A DNA stretch of 64,000 bases, taken from assembly GCA_965113315.1 (NCBI GenBank), contig OZ220371.1; one strand, 5' to 3'. Below are positions 50,032 through 62,003 of this stretch, piece by piece; positions within the stretch are counted from its first letter, which is position 1, and the number at the start of each line of letters is the position of its first letter. The position numbers and the translations under genes are program-made. This stretch comes from Podarcis vaucheri. Its lineage: Eukaryota. The notes beneath the pieces were generated by a model, which ran no database searches, was not told where the DNA came from, and worked only from the letters and a program-made list of their open reading frames with translations.

Positions 50032-50101
50032 GACCCACAGTGTAGAAGCATGGAAGAAGAAAACCTCTCTGAAGAGATTCAACCAGAATTGATTTCCAAA
50101 G
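50032..50101 (+). CDS. BOD1L1: BOD1L1 exon 12
   Basis: CATAG|GAC ... AAAG|GTAAAT, phase 0-1. Confidence 0.78.
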
Positions 50102-50317
50102 GTAAATTCCTGTTTCTAACGGCAGGGATGAACTGTTGCAGGTTATAATCTTTGGGATGAATCAATAGAATTAAATATTACATTTCATAAAACATCTGAA
50201 GGTTAGTCAGCAGCCCCAGTTGTTCCTGGGGAGTGAGACTTGCATTTAGTGCAGCTTAATTTAAGTGCCGAATGCAAGTTGTGCTGCTTTCCGGTGGGTG
50301 CAGATCTGCCAGATATT

Positions 50318-51245
50318 TTTATTTTTTTTAGGGTTCTGTAAATTCTTTATTGTACATCAGTAAAGCAAAAAAGAAAAATTCCCTTTTGCCCAGCCACTGC
50401 TTAGGGCCCAGCCTGAGCACCATGCAAGATGCCGTGTACACAATCCACTAATTGCAATATCAGGACCAAAAAAAAAACAAGTGACTGGAATTCAAGACCA
50501 GTTCTGCTGCAGCTGTTGAAACCAAGCTGCCATTTGACAGAGGAAAGGGGTCAGCCATGCAAAAAAAGGCTGCCACTACAATCACTACTAGTTTGCCCTC
50601 TGCATTAACATCAGAACTTTGTGAGCTCTCTAGCCTGTCTCAAGCCTAGCTCTTTTCTCAACGAGAGATCCCCACATTTTGTTGAATGGCTGTGGCTGCT
50701 GACCCATATTTGGATGCCTCTTTCCCCAAGTCATTCTGCTATATGCAGCGTGGGGGCCCCTGTTGCTATTTCTCCCTCATTTAATGACTCGGCAATAATA
50801 CAATGAAGCAGAGGCAGCAGTGAACAATCGTTGAATGTTGCTGGTAGGTGACGTGTTGTGCCTCAGAGGCTCCACAGCATGGCCACGGCCCTATAGATGC
50901 CCACATCGTGGTGATAGAAGTAGCAGAGGCCAGCAAAGGTGAGCGCTGAGAGCAGGTAGAGGCCAGTGTTGGCCAGTTTAATAGATGTCTCTCCATGGAC
51001 ATAGTCAGTTACTGTTTGCCCAAGGCCCCAGTGACCGTGGAGTGTGAGAGTGTCAGCCAACGAGTAGTCCATGGCTGGTCCAGGATACAGGTAAGCTGCA
51101 GGCAGGAGCCCAAGCAGGAGGTCACTGACTGCTCACTCACCAGTCCGGTGCAGAGAGGCAGCCTTGGAACCAGCAACTCCCCGCCGTGGGGTCTGCCCAG
51201 CCCCACCCGCAACAGCCCCGCCACCATCTTGCACCGTTTGCCGTC
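50318..51245 (-). pseudogene. SDHD: Processed SDHD pseudogene (5'UTR, exons 1+3+4, 3'UTR, poly-A) in BOD1L1 intron 12
   Basis: [67 protein letters not shown]; intronless; AATAAA (50346-51, minus), A-tail, degenerate ~17-bp TSD at 50301 and 51246; frameshift plus internal TGA. Confidence 0.93.
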
Positions 51246-52711
51246 CAGATCTATCAGATGTTATACAAGGTCAGGCAGTTGACAGGTGGGTGTCAGAAGC
51301 AGCCCCCAGAAGGCTGAACAAAAGTGGTTCCCCACCCTTGCCATAGTGTTATATGTACTAAACTGAACTAAAAGTAAATGTCTGAAAAACTATTCCGCTG
51401 CACTAGCTGTTTCAGCATTGGAGAGAGAGATCTTAAATCCTCATTTTAGTTGAGGCCCCCACCCCCATCCTTTCAGTTTAAGTAAATTTAGTGTAACTCA
51501 AATTTAACCCTTGTGAGGGTTGTATACAGCGAAGTAGTTCCATCAGTACAAGGACTTCCGGCTGTGCAATGGAATGTCCCCTCCCTCTCCCTGTGTGCCC
51601 CCTAAATCTGTTCTGGGTGTTTCCCCCACCCTCAAGTGCAAATTTGGGAAGGGTGCAGAGAGGCCATGGGTACAGGGTGTTTTTGTGCATATGGAACTAC
51701 TGCCTTGGTAAAGTATTTCACAGTTTCTAAGATATTTACAAGGGAGTCCTTTTGCTTTGATATGTAATTCTTGTTATATAAGGCAAATGTTAAATTTGCA
51801 AAACTTTTATTAGAGACATTTTTAGAGCACTCCCTCTGCTTTGTTTGAGATTATTCTACCTAGGTAAAAGGAAGTTGTTTATAAAATAATCATGTCTTCT
51901 GTCAGGGCTGAGTGTGCACAGCAGACAGTGAATTTCATAGTTTGAAACTGCAAGGAATGTAAACACCCCATTGCTGTTTGAGAAACTAAGATCCAACTCT
52001 GTCTTTGACAGTATATTTAACAACTGAAATGTTCTCTTGTAGTTTAATGTAGTATCAATGAAAGGAACCGTGTACGTGTTTTCAGTGGTTTAGAGAAAGA
52101 GCATTGTTTTTGGAAGGGGTTTTTGGATTAATACCAGTAGCTAGCTATAGTCTACGTTTACAATAGGAAGTTTCAGTAAATCAGAATTTTAAACATTTTA
52201 AAGTTGGAATAAGCAACTGGGAGGCACAGGCTTCCTGCCTATTGCTCAGCATAATCCTTCAACCCCAAGAGGCCTCTCTCTCTGCAGTGCCTGGGAGCGA
52301 GCAGCCGACCTGCATAAGAAAGAGAGGGCTCTTTGAAAGCCTTTGCTGCTGCTCATGATGGAAAGGAGGGGTTGAGGAGCCCTTTTGCTGTCTCCTGACT
52401 GCTGGAAAGTGAGTCAAGACAGGGAACAGGCTAGAGGCTTATGCATATCTGACACTTGAATCCCTTTCCTGACAAGTGACATCGGAAGAGGAAACCTGGT
52501 TGGTAGCCTCTGCATTACTGTATTGCAATGTGAAAGAATTAGAATTGGTACTACGGGATGCTGCCCGTGAAGTGGCCAATTTGGATATTGGGTGGGGGTG
52601 GGGGTGCAAACTGTTATAAAGCAGGAGAAAAAGCAGATTCCTGAGCACAGAACATAGCTGCTCTAGTCCCAGAAAGGTTTCCTCTGAAATAAGGCTAACC
52701 TGTAAATAATA

Positions 52712-52818
52712 ACTTTGACCAAACTGCGGGAGGCCGTGGAAGACAGGAGTGCCTGGCGTGCTCTGGTCCATGGGGTCACAAAGAGTCGGACACGACTAAC
52801 GACTAAACAACAACAACA
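52712..52818 (+). mobile_element. BovB extreme 3' fragment
   Basis: Close match to ~6960-7065 including the (CAA)n tail; TSD TAAATAATA. Confidence 0.92.
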
Positions 52819-52942
52819 TAAATAATAGCATAATGGGGGGTTGATTTTTTAGTGGGAGCATTTCAGTACTGCTGCTGAAATCCACACGAGCAAATTTATA
52901 TCTAATGGGGATAAAATGCATATGCATTGGGATGCAGTAGGC

Positions 52943-53078
52943 CAGGCATGGCCAAATTTGGCCCTCCAGCTGTTTTGGGACTACAACTCCCATCATCCCT
53001 AGCTAACAGGACCAGTCGTCAGGGATGATGAGAATTGTAGTCCCAAAACATCTGGAGGGCCAAGTTTGGCCATGCCTG
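52943..53078. mobile_element. hAT hairpin MITE
   Basis: Near-perfect palindrome CAGGCATGGCCAAA..TTTGGCCATGCCTG; 8-bp TSD CAGTAGGC. Confidence 0.9.
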
Positions 53079-53206
53079 CAGTAGGCACAGCACCTCTGAA
53101 CTGAAGCCCATGGATTGGGGTGGGGAGGTGAGTAGTACGGTCTGCCTGAGGACTGCTTCCTGTGCCCTTGCATAGAAATATTATTTTTCTGTACAAGTTT
53201 CTAGCT

Positions 53207-55414
53207 CAGGGGTCAGCAACCTTTTTCAGCTGTGGGCCAGCGAAATTACAGGAATATCAGCTTATTGTCAATAATTGGGAAAATATATGCACGGTTCTTG
53301 TTAACTAAGCTTACTAAGTGGGCCGAAGAGAACAACCTGATTGGGCCTGAACAAGCTGGTTTTAGATCGAATCAGTCAGCGGTCGATCATGTCTTAGTTT
53401 TATACCACCTTGCCCGGAAATATTCCGCCCCAAATAGAGGCCAACTTTGTGCGGCCTTTATTGATTTAAAGGCTGCTTTTGACAGCATCCCCAGAGGACT
53501 ACTTTGGGGGAAATTAGCACGATGGGGAATAGACAAAAGACTTTTGTGGCTAATAACTAAACTGCATGACGGATCGGCCGCTAGGGTTAGAATCACTCCG
53601 GCAGGCGACCTCTCAAAGCCAGTAACCATCAATAGAGGTGTTCGTCAAGGATGTATCCTTGCTCCGACCCTTTTTAATCTATTTATAAGCGATATGAGGG
53701 TGCCTCTGATAGATTCTCAAGAGATGATCCATGCCCCCCGTCTTGCCCAATATCGTTGCCCCCTTCTACTCTACGCAGATGACGCAGTGATCCTATCTTT
53801 TTCAAGAGTTGGCCTTAGGAGGGCCTTAAAAATTTTTGATGCTTACTGCAAATCAAATTTTCTTACAATTAATCACGCAAAGTCCAAAGTCCTAATTTTC
53901 ACCAAGAGTCGAAAAACCTATAATTGGAGAATAGACGGGAAAGCCATAGACCAAGTTTTTAAATTTCAATACTTGGGTGTCCTCCTCCAACACAACATGG
54001 GCTGGAAGGTCCATCTTGCATATGTATTAAATAGAGCTAAAGCCCTTTCCTTTGCGCTACTGCGTTTTTTCTTTTCAGATGGGGCTTTCCATATTCCATC
54101 AGTGTTAAAAGTTTTCAAGGCAAAGGTGATTGCAACAATAGCATATGCAATCCCAATATGGGGGTCCTTTGTTAATCTAACCCAGTTGGAGGTAATCCAA
54201 AACCAACTGCTAAGAAGGTTGCTAAAACTACCCAGGTGTGTAGGCAATACAGCTATACGACTCGAACTAAATGTGACATCTCTAGAAACTACACTATGGA
54301 AATGCATCCTCTGTTACTGGTTGGCATTATGGCATAAACTCCCATATCTCCACCTGATACAGTGTCTCTGGAGAGATTACTTCCCTAGCCCTTGGGCAAA
54401 AATAATACATGGGAAACTTGTGTCCTTAGGACTATCTCCATCTGAACTATTAAAATTGGATTTAATTTCTGCCAAGAGAATTATAACTCACAGATTAGAG
54501 GAGATCGATTTACAATTTAATATTGCGACAGGTGGTGGCACCTGTTCGCCGATAAACCTTGGCTTAACACCACCAACGAAACTCCCAGCTTATTTAACTA
54601 CCTTATCTGTGGTGACGCACAGGTATGCCTTTATAAAGGCTAGATTCAATGTTTTCCCATCAAATGTGTTGGGTAACAGACTCTCCAACGGACAGATCTC
54701 ACTCCTCTGTGACTGTAAAAGTGGATCTATAGAATCGTTATACCATATAATCTTCTGTTGTCCATTACATTCGGCTCCACGGTCCAAGTTTCTGGCCCCA
54801 TATTTATCAAGAATTGCTGACAGTCCTCAGGAAGCCCAAATAATATACTTATTAAACGACGAAGACTCAAGTAGATCCCTTGCAGTCGCTAGATACCTGA
54901 TTAATGTCTTATTTCATAAGAGGAGAAATGGATCACTGTATGACTCTGACAGCTTAGCCAAACTTAAGAACCATCAATAAGTGCCAGAACTAAGACGCAT
55001 ATCCCCGAGGGATTTGAATTACGGTTGACACAGAGGGAGCTTATTGTATATAGTGTTTACTTAATTGAAGTAAAATTGGTTTTATATGGGTGTTTTAACT
55101 TGGAATTGTTTTAAATTGTTTGTTTATGGAAATCTTGATGTATTGTTTTAGATATGGGCCTATGGCCGTAATAAATCAAATCTGAATCTGTGGGCCAGTC
55201 CACCGTCCCTCAGACCATGTGGTAGGCCGGACTATATTTTGAAGAAAAAATATGAACGAATTCCTATGCCCCACAAAGAACCCAGAGAAGCATTTTAAAT
55301 AAAAGCACACATTCTGCTCATGTAAAAACATGCTGATACCCAGACCGTCTGTGGGCCAGATTGAGAAGGCGATTGGGCTGCATCCAGCCCACGGGCCTCA
55401 GGTTGCCTGCCCTG
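53207..55414. mobile_element. hAT MITE split by LINE insertion
   Basis: CAGGGGTCAGCAAC / GTTGCCTGCCCTG termini; 8-bp TSD TTCTAGCT; intact sibling at 58663-58922. Confidence 0.88.
53241..55187 (+). mobile_element. 5'-truncated young non-LTR retrotransposon, probably RTE-X clade (RT plus C-terminal CCHC knuckle), uninterrupted ORF to 54980
   Basis: NYRNISLL, EQAGFR, FIDLKAAFD, GVRQGCILAP, LYADD, CxC..H....C; AATAAA then short ATCTGA-type repeats; 11-bp TSD CTGTGGGCCAG. Confidence 0.85.
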
Positions 55415-55627
55415 TTCTAGCTGAAACTTGTTTGCATAGTTCTGAGAACACTTCATAGTAGTTCTTAAAATCCATCTTGAACTTGTGGTTAACATACTGT
55501 TAAGGAAATGTGGGTATAAATCAGGAAGTCACCACTTTAAATCTCCTATCTGCCAGAAGTCACTAGGAAGCTGTCTACATCTACAATATAGAGATAATTG
55601 GTTGACCTTACAGATTCATGAAATGAT

Positions 55628-56008
55628 TGTCACGGGGCTGCCAGGGAACGCCTTTGAGGAGCGGAAACAGTCAGAGGGAGATAGAGAGTAAGTGACGGAT
55701 GGGAAAGAGGGAGAGAGCCCGGAGGCAGGAAGGCTCTCCAATGCTGAAGCAGAGCCCCAGCACCGCACAGGAAGCCTAAGCCTGTGCCTGTGCCGTCTGC
55801 ACAGGAAAGGAGAGGGGTAAAACGCAGGGATCAGAGACGTCCCCACCTTTTCTGTTGGAGGAGAAGCCGGAGAAGACCACTCCCCGAATCTGAACCGGAC
55901 AATTCAGACGCATGATTGTAATGTGCTGCTTGTACATATGTAAACTGTAAATATCTCTCTGAGTGAGCAGAGGGTGCTTATTGAGAAGAGCATATACAAG
56001 CCATCACA
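55628..56008 (+). mobile_element. Probable solo LTR
   Basis: TGTCACGG...CCATCACA; composition like 13503-13938; TSD only 3/5. Confidence 0.5.
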
Positions 56009-56072
56009 TTGAGACACTGCTTTGTAAAGCATTTTGAATGAATTAATAGTCCTTTTTTCTGCCTTTTTTTAG

Positions 56073-56146
56073 CACTTGAAACAACAGATACTTCAGTCGT
56101 AACAGAAGCAGTAGGAGTCCAAGTTTCTAGAGAGAAATCATTAGAG
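56073..56146 (+). CDS. BOD1L1: BOD1L1 exon 13
   Basis: Polypyrimidine tract AG|CA ... GAG|GTTTGC, phase 1-0. Confidence 0.75.
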
Positions 56147-56478
56147 GTTTGCATTTCTTTCTTGTTTTACTTTTCTTTATTGAAGTTTTTTCCCCCTTTT
56201 TTTTAAAAAAAAAGATTACAGCTTTTAGGAGCCTGCCTATCAAAGGCATGATTTCTATATTGGGATAGCTAAATGAAACCGCCTTGTATCGCTCTTAATA
56301 GCAGACAATGGAGGCAAGCAACCAGGGACAGCTGTAACTTTGACGCTCTGCTTGGCATCTTCCCTGATGCATCTTGGCTGGCTGCTGTTCAGAACAGAAT
56401 CCTGGACTAGTTCCACTTTCAGTCTTGATCCAACATAGAAATATTTACTTTCTCATCTATTTCCTCTCCTCCTCTTAG

Positions 56479-56563
56479 TTGCAGGTAGAAATACCTGATC
56501 AGAAGGAAGAGAGCTTCATGCCAGAAACAGACAGACATCCTGGTATCGAAGAGGGTGAATCAG
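56479..56563 (+). CDS. BOD1L1: BOD1L1 exon 14 (alternative in-frame boundaries 56485 / 56554 possible)
   Basis: Open frame LQVEIPDQKEESFMPE; phase 0-1. Confidence 0.7.
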
Positions 56564-56741
56564 GTAGTTTACAAATAAACTCTCCTACCTTGTTGTCTCT
56601 GGCAAACATTTGACTAGTTTGCATGGGATGGTTTGCAGGCCAATCTGATTTAGAAAAAAAATACGTACAAGGTTTCAGCACTCATTATCCTAAGTCTTCA
56701 GAAAATGTTTTTTTTAAAAAAGGGTTAAATTTATTTTGCAG

Positions 56742-56821
56742 ATCATGGTCCAGTGTGTCAGATTTTGGAAAAAGAAGCTGAAGAGAGCCAGTATTTTGAA
56801 GCCAGAGCAGAATCTAATACG
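56742..56821 (+). CDS. BOD1L1: BOD1L1 exon 15
   Basis: TTGCAG|AT ... ACG|GTATAC, phase 1-0. Confidence 0.75.
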
Positions 56822-57637
56822 GTATACTTTAAATCTGTTTTCAGATATATTACTTCTCAACATACTGCTTGAAATGCTTGCTCAAAGTCAACACAGCCCT
56901 AGCCACATTCCCCATAACAGGGGCAACAGCATCCATTAATTCTCATTACTGTCAATGCAATCAGTCGTGGAACGTAGGATCGAAAATGTAACAAAACAAC
57001 AACATAAGCACTTCTCAGAGAATCTCTCGTCCCTTATAGACAGCTGCTTGTTGTAGCTTTCCTCAAAGTAAATTGCAAATGAGCTTCCTAGAAGACAGTT
57101 TTACCTTCAGCCTTTTCCGTGACGTCTCTTTTCAAGCCAGCTTTAGGATCGTAGTTCGGATTGACATATTTACTGACAGATGAGCATTTTCTTTAAATTC
57201 TTTCATGATTTATAGTAGTTTCAGAGATAATTAAAGACAGTGCAGCTGGCATTTTCTCTGGAGATTAATTTTCATGGTGCTTGGGCAAGCTATAGTTTCT
57301 CCCACTCCAGTCGCTCACCCATCTGATAGGCTTTCTCGGTTCCACATCAGCGAACAATCCATCCAGAGCATGTAGGAGGAATTAATCCCATATTGCATGT
57401 GTTACGCAGAGATAAGAATGACAGATAAACTTTGCTGTCAAGTCACCACTTAATTACACCTTTTGGAAGCTTTTTGGAAGGAGGTGTGGCTCCTCCTCAG
57501 AAGCGGCTTATCAGTTATTTCTGTCAGAATAATTTACGTAACTAGTTGTGGTGGCAACCTTTAAATGTAGTAGTTCACAATGCCGTTCTGTTAGTACTAC
57601 AGCACACAATATTTTAACATGTTTTATAATTTCATAG

Positions 57638-57722
57638 GAAACAACTTCCAGAGACTCAGAAGATACCCTTGAAGGTGATGCCAAGTCTCTGCAACCTTCA
57701 TCAGAAACTGTAGAAGGAAAAG
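57638..57722 (+). CDS. BOD1L1: BOD1L1 exon 16
   Basis: CATAG|GAA ... AAG|GTAACA, phase 0-1. Confidence 0.78.
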
Positions 57723-58377
57723 GTAACATCAGAGTTACAGAATTTTCCTGAAAGGGTTAAAAGACACCTTTCATTTTTGGGGAGGGACCAATGAAAGCCT
57801 TTGTTGGTGTTGGGTTGGCAACCCCAGTTCTTTTCTCTTTTTTCCCCAATTAATTTTTATAAGTTTTCCAAATTTTTAACAAATTAATTCAAATTTGACA
57901 CAAATGTAAAAGTTGACCTCTACCCCCCCTTGCAAGATGCAACTTTTCCCTCTCTCCTTTGCTACTCACAGCAAAATACTTTTTCTTAATTTCTAATACT
58001 TTTCCATCCATTCCTATTTCCATCAACTGTGCCTGTTCAATTCCTGCTTAAACTTTTCTCTGACTATTTTCCTAATTAATCAAATAGAGTTAATCTTCCT
58101 TTATCAATCCATATAAATCATTAATCATAATTTTAAATCATATTTCTTCCAATATAACTTTACACAATATGTCTTTGCACATTTGCAACATTCTAATTAA
58201 CAGTACTCAAGTTTTACAGACTCCAGAAACATCTCCTGGTCTATCTTGTTATGCAGTTCCCTTTTCAGAAAACAGACAACCCCAGCTCCAAAGAGCCTCC
58301 TTCCTGCTGGATGGAGAATAGTCTACCCATGTCTGGACCACAGTCTAGTGAATAAGTAGAACTGCTGCTCCTGTGTA

Positions 58378-58618
58378 CAGTCAAACCTCAGTTTTCGGAC
58401 ATCTCGGCTGCCAAACATTTTGGAAGCCAAACACCAAAAACCCGGAAGTGAATGCTTCCATTTTCTAATGCCCCTCAAAAGCCAAACAGCTTCCAAGGCA
58501 TGTTTCTCAATTTTCCCCACTGAACTTGCTGGCGTCCCTTTGAGCCTCGGTTTTCAAATGTTTTGGAAGTCGAATGGACATCCGGAACGGATTACGTTGG
58601 AAAACTGAGGTTCCACTG
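58378..58618. mobile_element. Tigger-like MITE
   Basis: TA|CAGTCAAACCTCAGTTTTC ... GAAAACTGAGGTTCCACTG|TA. Confidence 0.8.
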
Positions 58619-58662
58619 TATTAAGCAAATATCCTGTTCCTTTGCATACCTACCCCATAGAA

Positions 58663-58922
58663 CAGGAGTAGGCAACCTAAAGGCCGGGGGCTGGATGCAG
58701 CCCATTTGCCTTCTCAATCCAGCCCCCGGACAGTTCGGGAATCAGCGTGTTTTTACATGAGTAGAATGTGTCCTTTTATTTAAAATGCATCTCTGGGTTC
58801 TTTGTGGGGCATAGGAATTCGTTCATTCCCCCCCCCTCCCTGCATATATATATAGTCCAGCCCCCCACATGGTCTGAGGGGTGGTGGACCGGCCCACGGC
58901 TGAAAAAGGTTGCTGATCCCTG
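58663..58922. mobile_element. hAT MITE (260 bp)
   Basis: 8-bp TSD CCATAGAA; reverse-oriented sibling of 53207-55414. Confidence 0.9.
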
Positions 58923-59169
58923 CCATAGAAGCACAGGTGTATGCAGCGATACATGATGCAGCAAACTGTAGGATAGGTTATAGCAGCTGCATATTCGTTG
59001 ATGTTTATCTAGATTGTCAAAGAAGTCGAAATGATGGGGTGTGCTGCAAGTGAAAACCAGGCGATGTACAATTCAGAGGAAGTCACTGGTTTAAGCAATT
59101 GCTCAAAAATGATGGTGGGGATTTAATTTGTGGGGTTTTTTTTAAATTAAAAAACGTTTTTTCCTGCAG

Positions 59170-59237
59170 ATGAGATTGTTGGTAAAGCGGATATTTGTGA
59201 AAAGTCAGATGAGAAATCCAGTGTAAATCCTGTTGAG
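59170..59237 (+). CDS. BOD1L1: BOD1L1 exon 17 with GC donor
   Basis: CTGCAG|AT ... GAG|GCAAGT; phase 1-0 required by exon 18. Confidence 0.78.
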
Positions 59238-59988
59238 GCAAGTAACATGGCCTATTCTGATAGTTATTTGAAAGTATACTTTCCTGATGGATGGATGGAT
59301 GGATGGTGAAGGGAAGAGAAGGGAAGATCTCCCAGGATGGGAGGCTGGGAGAATAAAAGGAGGAGAGAATTTGCTGAATTTTGAGGGAAGTACCCAGTAA
59401 GTCTAGTTGCTTAAACCAGAACTGATTCTGTATTCTGTATATATTCTGAAGTGCATGTTGGAATGGTCGTGAGCACTTTTATCTGGAAAGTGCCTCACTA
59501 ATTGGTCCCAGCAGGCTACTGGGGGCTGTAATAAACTGCAAACCACTCAAAATAGCTCCACTGGTTGACCTTCACACAAATACTAAGTAATTATTATCGT
59601 TGTGAATAACGTTGGTGCACACCGGAGCTTATAAATGGTTTAACTTTCCTTGGCTATTAAGAATCCATCCCAGCCATGGTTTTGATTTCAATGGGAGAGG
59701 AGACTTTAGCGGATTTTTAACTCTCCACTGAAATAGCGAAACTTAAAAGAAATGTTTGACTTAACCTATGGTGTGTGAGAGAGGTTGGGAAAGACACGCT
59801 ATCATAATGTGACTATAATGTGAAGAATCACTATTTCTGGACATGTTGTATTAGTTTTGTGGGCACTAGTCAGTGAAAGCTTACACAGCAATAAATTGGT
59901 TAGTCCTTTAATGTAACACAAAACTCTTTGTTCATAATCCAGTTGCCTTAGTGGACACCTTGAGTTGACTTAAACAACTTTTGTTTAG

Positions 59989-60064
59989 GAAAAAAAGCAA
60001 GTACCAGTTAAGCGGAAAAGAGGAAGACCCCGTAAATATCCTATTGAAATAATGGCACTGCTTG
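59989..60064 (+). CDS. BOD1L1: BOD1L1 exon 18 (AT-hook KRKRGRPRK)
   Basis: TTTAG|GAA; PVKRKRGRPRKYP; G|GTAAGT. Confidence 0.9.
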
Positions 60065-60142
60065 GTAAGTACAGAGCTGCGTCACCATGGAAAATGTACT
60101 TCAGCATTTCATTAAACTCAGAAGGTTTATTTTTCCTTTCAG

Positions 60143-60177
60143 GTCAAGTTTCAGAAGCTGACTCAAGAACTGGAAAT
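60143..60177 (+). CDS. BOD1L1: BOD1L1 exon 19 (35 nt, after a 78-bp intron)
   Basis: TTTCAG|GT ... AAT|GTAAGC, phase 1-0. Confidence 0.75.
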
Positions 60178-60539
60178 GTAAGCATTTGGATGGATATTCT
60201 GTTTGGATGCTCACATATTGTGGGATTGCTGGCTCTCTGTGGAACACTGTTTTATACTTTTTTTCAATTGCAATAACACAACATTGGCCAGGATCCCGTG
60301 GGCTATTAAGCTGGTTCCCTGAGCTCAAGGCATTACCCTTGTTTTCTCCCACACTATAGCGGATTATTTTTTAAATGGAAGGGACCTTCAAAAAGAGTTG
60401 TGATATTCAGGTAACTCAAGATTTCCAGTGGGTTGGTGCAGATTTTCTTTTTTTGTCACCTGCCTTGGAGGTCTGTTGTCCAACCAGGAAGGCAGCATAT
60501 TAATTGACAACCTGGACAATTTTGTATTTTCTTCATGCT

Positions 60540-60860
60540 ATTATTTTTATATCCCTCACTTTCTCCCAAAGGCACCCAACACATCAGTAACAATATCATT
60601 AAAAACAGTTGAAAAGCAATGAGGTTCTCTCACTCCATTATTTCAGGGTTGCCAGTATCTTTCATCCACCAAATGGCTGGGTAAACAGGAATGTTTTTAA
60701 ATTCCTCCTGAAAGCCAGTAATGAGGGAGAAGAAGAAACCTCACTAGGCGGGGCAGTCCACAAATGGGCACTGACATGGTCACCCCCAGTGGAGGCACCA
60801 ACGCCGTGTTTGCCTGTTTGCCATAAGGCATACCATCTCTGTGGGAGGAAGGCATAACTG
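60540..60860 (-). mobile_element. L2 LINE 3' fragment
   Basis: HLWTAPPSEVSSSPSLLAFRRNLKTFLFTQ motif. Confidence 0.7.
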
Positions 60861-61610
60861 CTACTGCATAAAAGAACTGTTAAACTGGGGGTATGAATTG
60901 ACCCAAAACATGTCAACTACTGGATCACTGCAGCACTTAGTGATTGGCAGCTGAACGTGAGAGCTTCATTGAAAGCAGTGGTTTTAAAATGTTTGCCAGC
61001 TCACAGAAAAGTCAGCTGTAGATTTCATGGCAAAGCCAGGTTTGTTGTTGTGTGATCTGAGAAATGGTCTTGAGTTGTAAAATGTACTGCATATTAGATT
61101 TTTGCGAGTCTTTGGACCGTAACAAAGAATGTGCGTGTGCATATTAGATTATTTTGTTTTTATTTGCATTAACTGAAGAAACAGTATAGCCCTCTTCAGG
61201 ACTTATCATCTTAAGAGAGAACGCATGTAGAGATTAAATTCAAATATGCACCATTCACCCTGCGCCCACCCACAGGCACCTGAGTTTTTTGGCACTTTCA
61301 CACAGTAGAGAGCCTTGCATATCTACGGAAGCCACTCATGGGACTAGGAATCCTGATCTTCCAGGGTTCCCACTCTTGCAAGGAGCCTCCATAGATCTGC
61401 AAAGCTCTGTGCTGCAGAAATGCACTGTCAATGTCTGAAGGAGTCGGGAGACGTGTGGCTTCATTTGGGGTGGGGGAAACATCTGTCCTCACAACTCCAT
61501 TCAGTGGGTGTTTTCTCTTCGGGTGATAAGACCTAAACAAGGCCTGAACGTGTTTTAATTTTTCTAATCCTGCACTATAGAAATATACTGCTATTTTTGT
61601 TTTTAATTAG

Positions 61611-61659
61611 ATGCAGCAGTCTTCAGGTTCTAGCAGTAGACAGATGATTACTCCAAAAG
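61611..61659 (+). CDS. BOD1L1: BOD1L1 exon 20
   Basis: ATTAG|ATG ... AAG|GTAATT, phase 0-1. Confidence 0.72.
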
Positions 61660-61782
61660 GTAATTATTCAAAAAAAAATCTCTTTGGAAAGGAAGAAAGA
61701 GTGGAAAGGATGAGGTGCATCTGTAACTCAGCCATTTTTCTTTAAAGAGTTACTACTCCAAAAATTCAGATCTAGCCTTATA

Positions 61783-62003
61783 CAGTGGTACCTCTGGTTA
61801 CGAACTTAATTCGTTCCAGAGGTCCGTTCTTAAGCTGAAACCGTTCTTCTCCTGAGGCATGCTTTCTCTAATGGGGCCTTCCCCCGCTCGCGTACGTCCG
61901 GCACGCAATTTCCGTTCGTATCCTGGGGCAAAGTTCGCAACCAGGAACAACTACTTCCGCATAACCGCATAACCTGAAGCGTTCATAACCAGAGGTACCA
62001 CTG
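61783..62003. mobile_element. Tigger-like MITE
   Basis: TIR CAGTGGTACCTCTGGTTA, TA TSD. Confidence 0.88.

Noticed and set aside
61298-61540. 80-aa minus-strand ORF
   Set aside because: No recognisable homology, tail or TSD.
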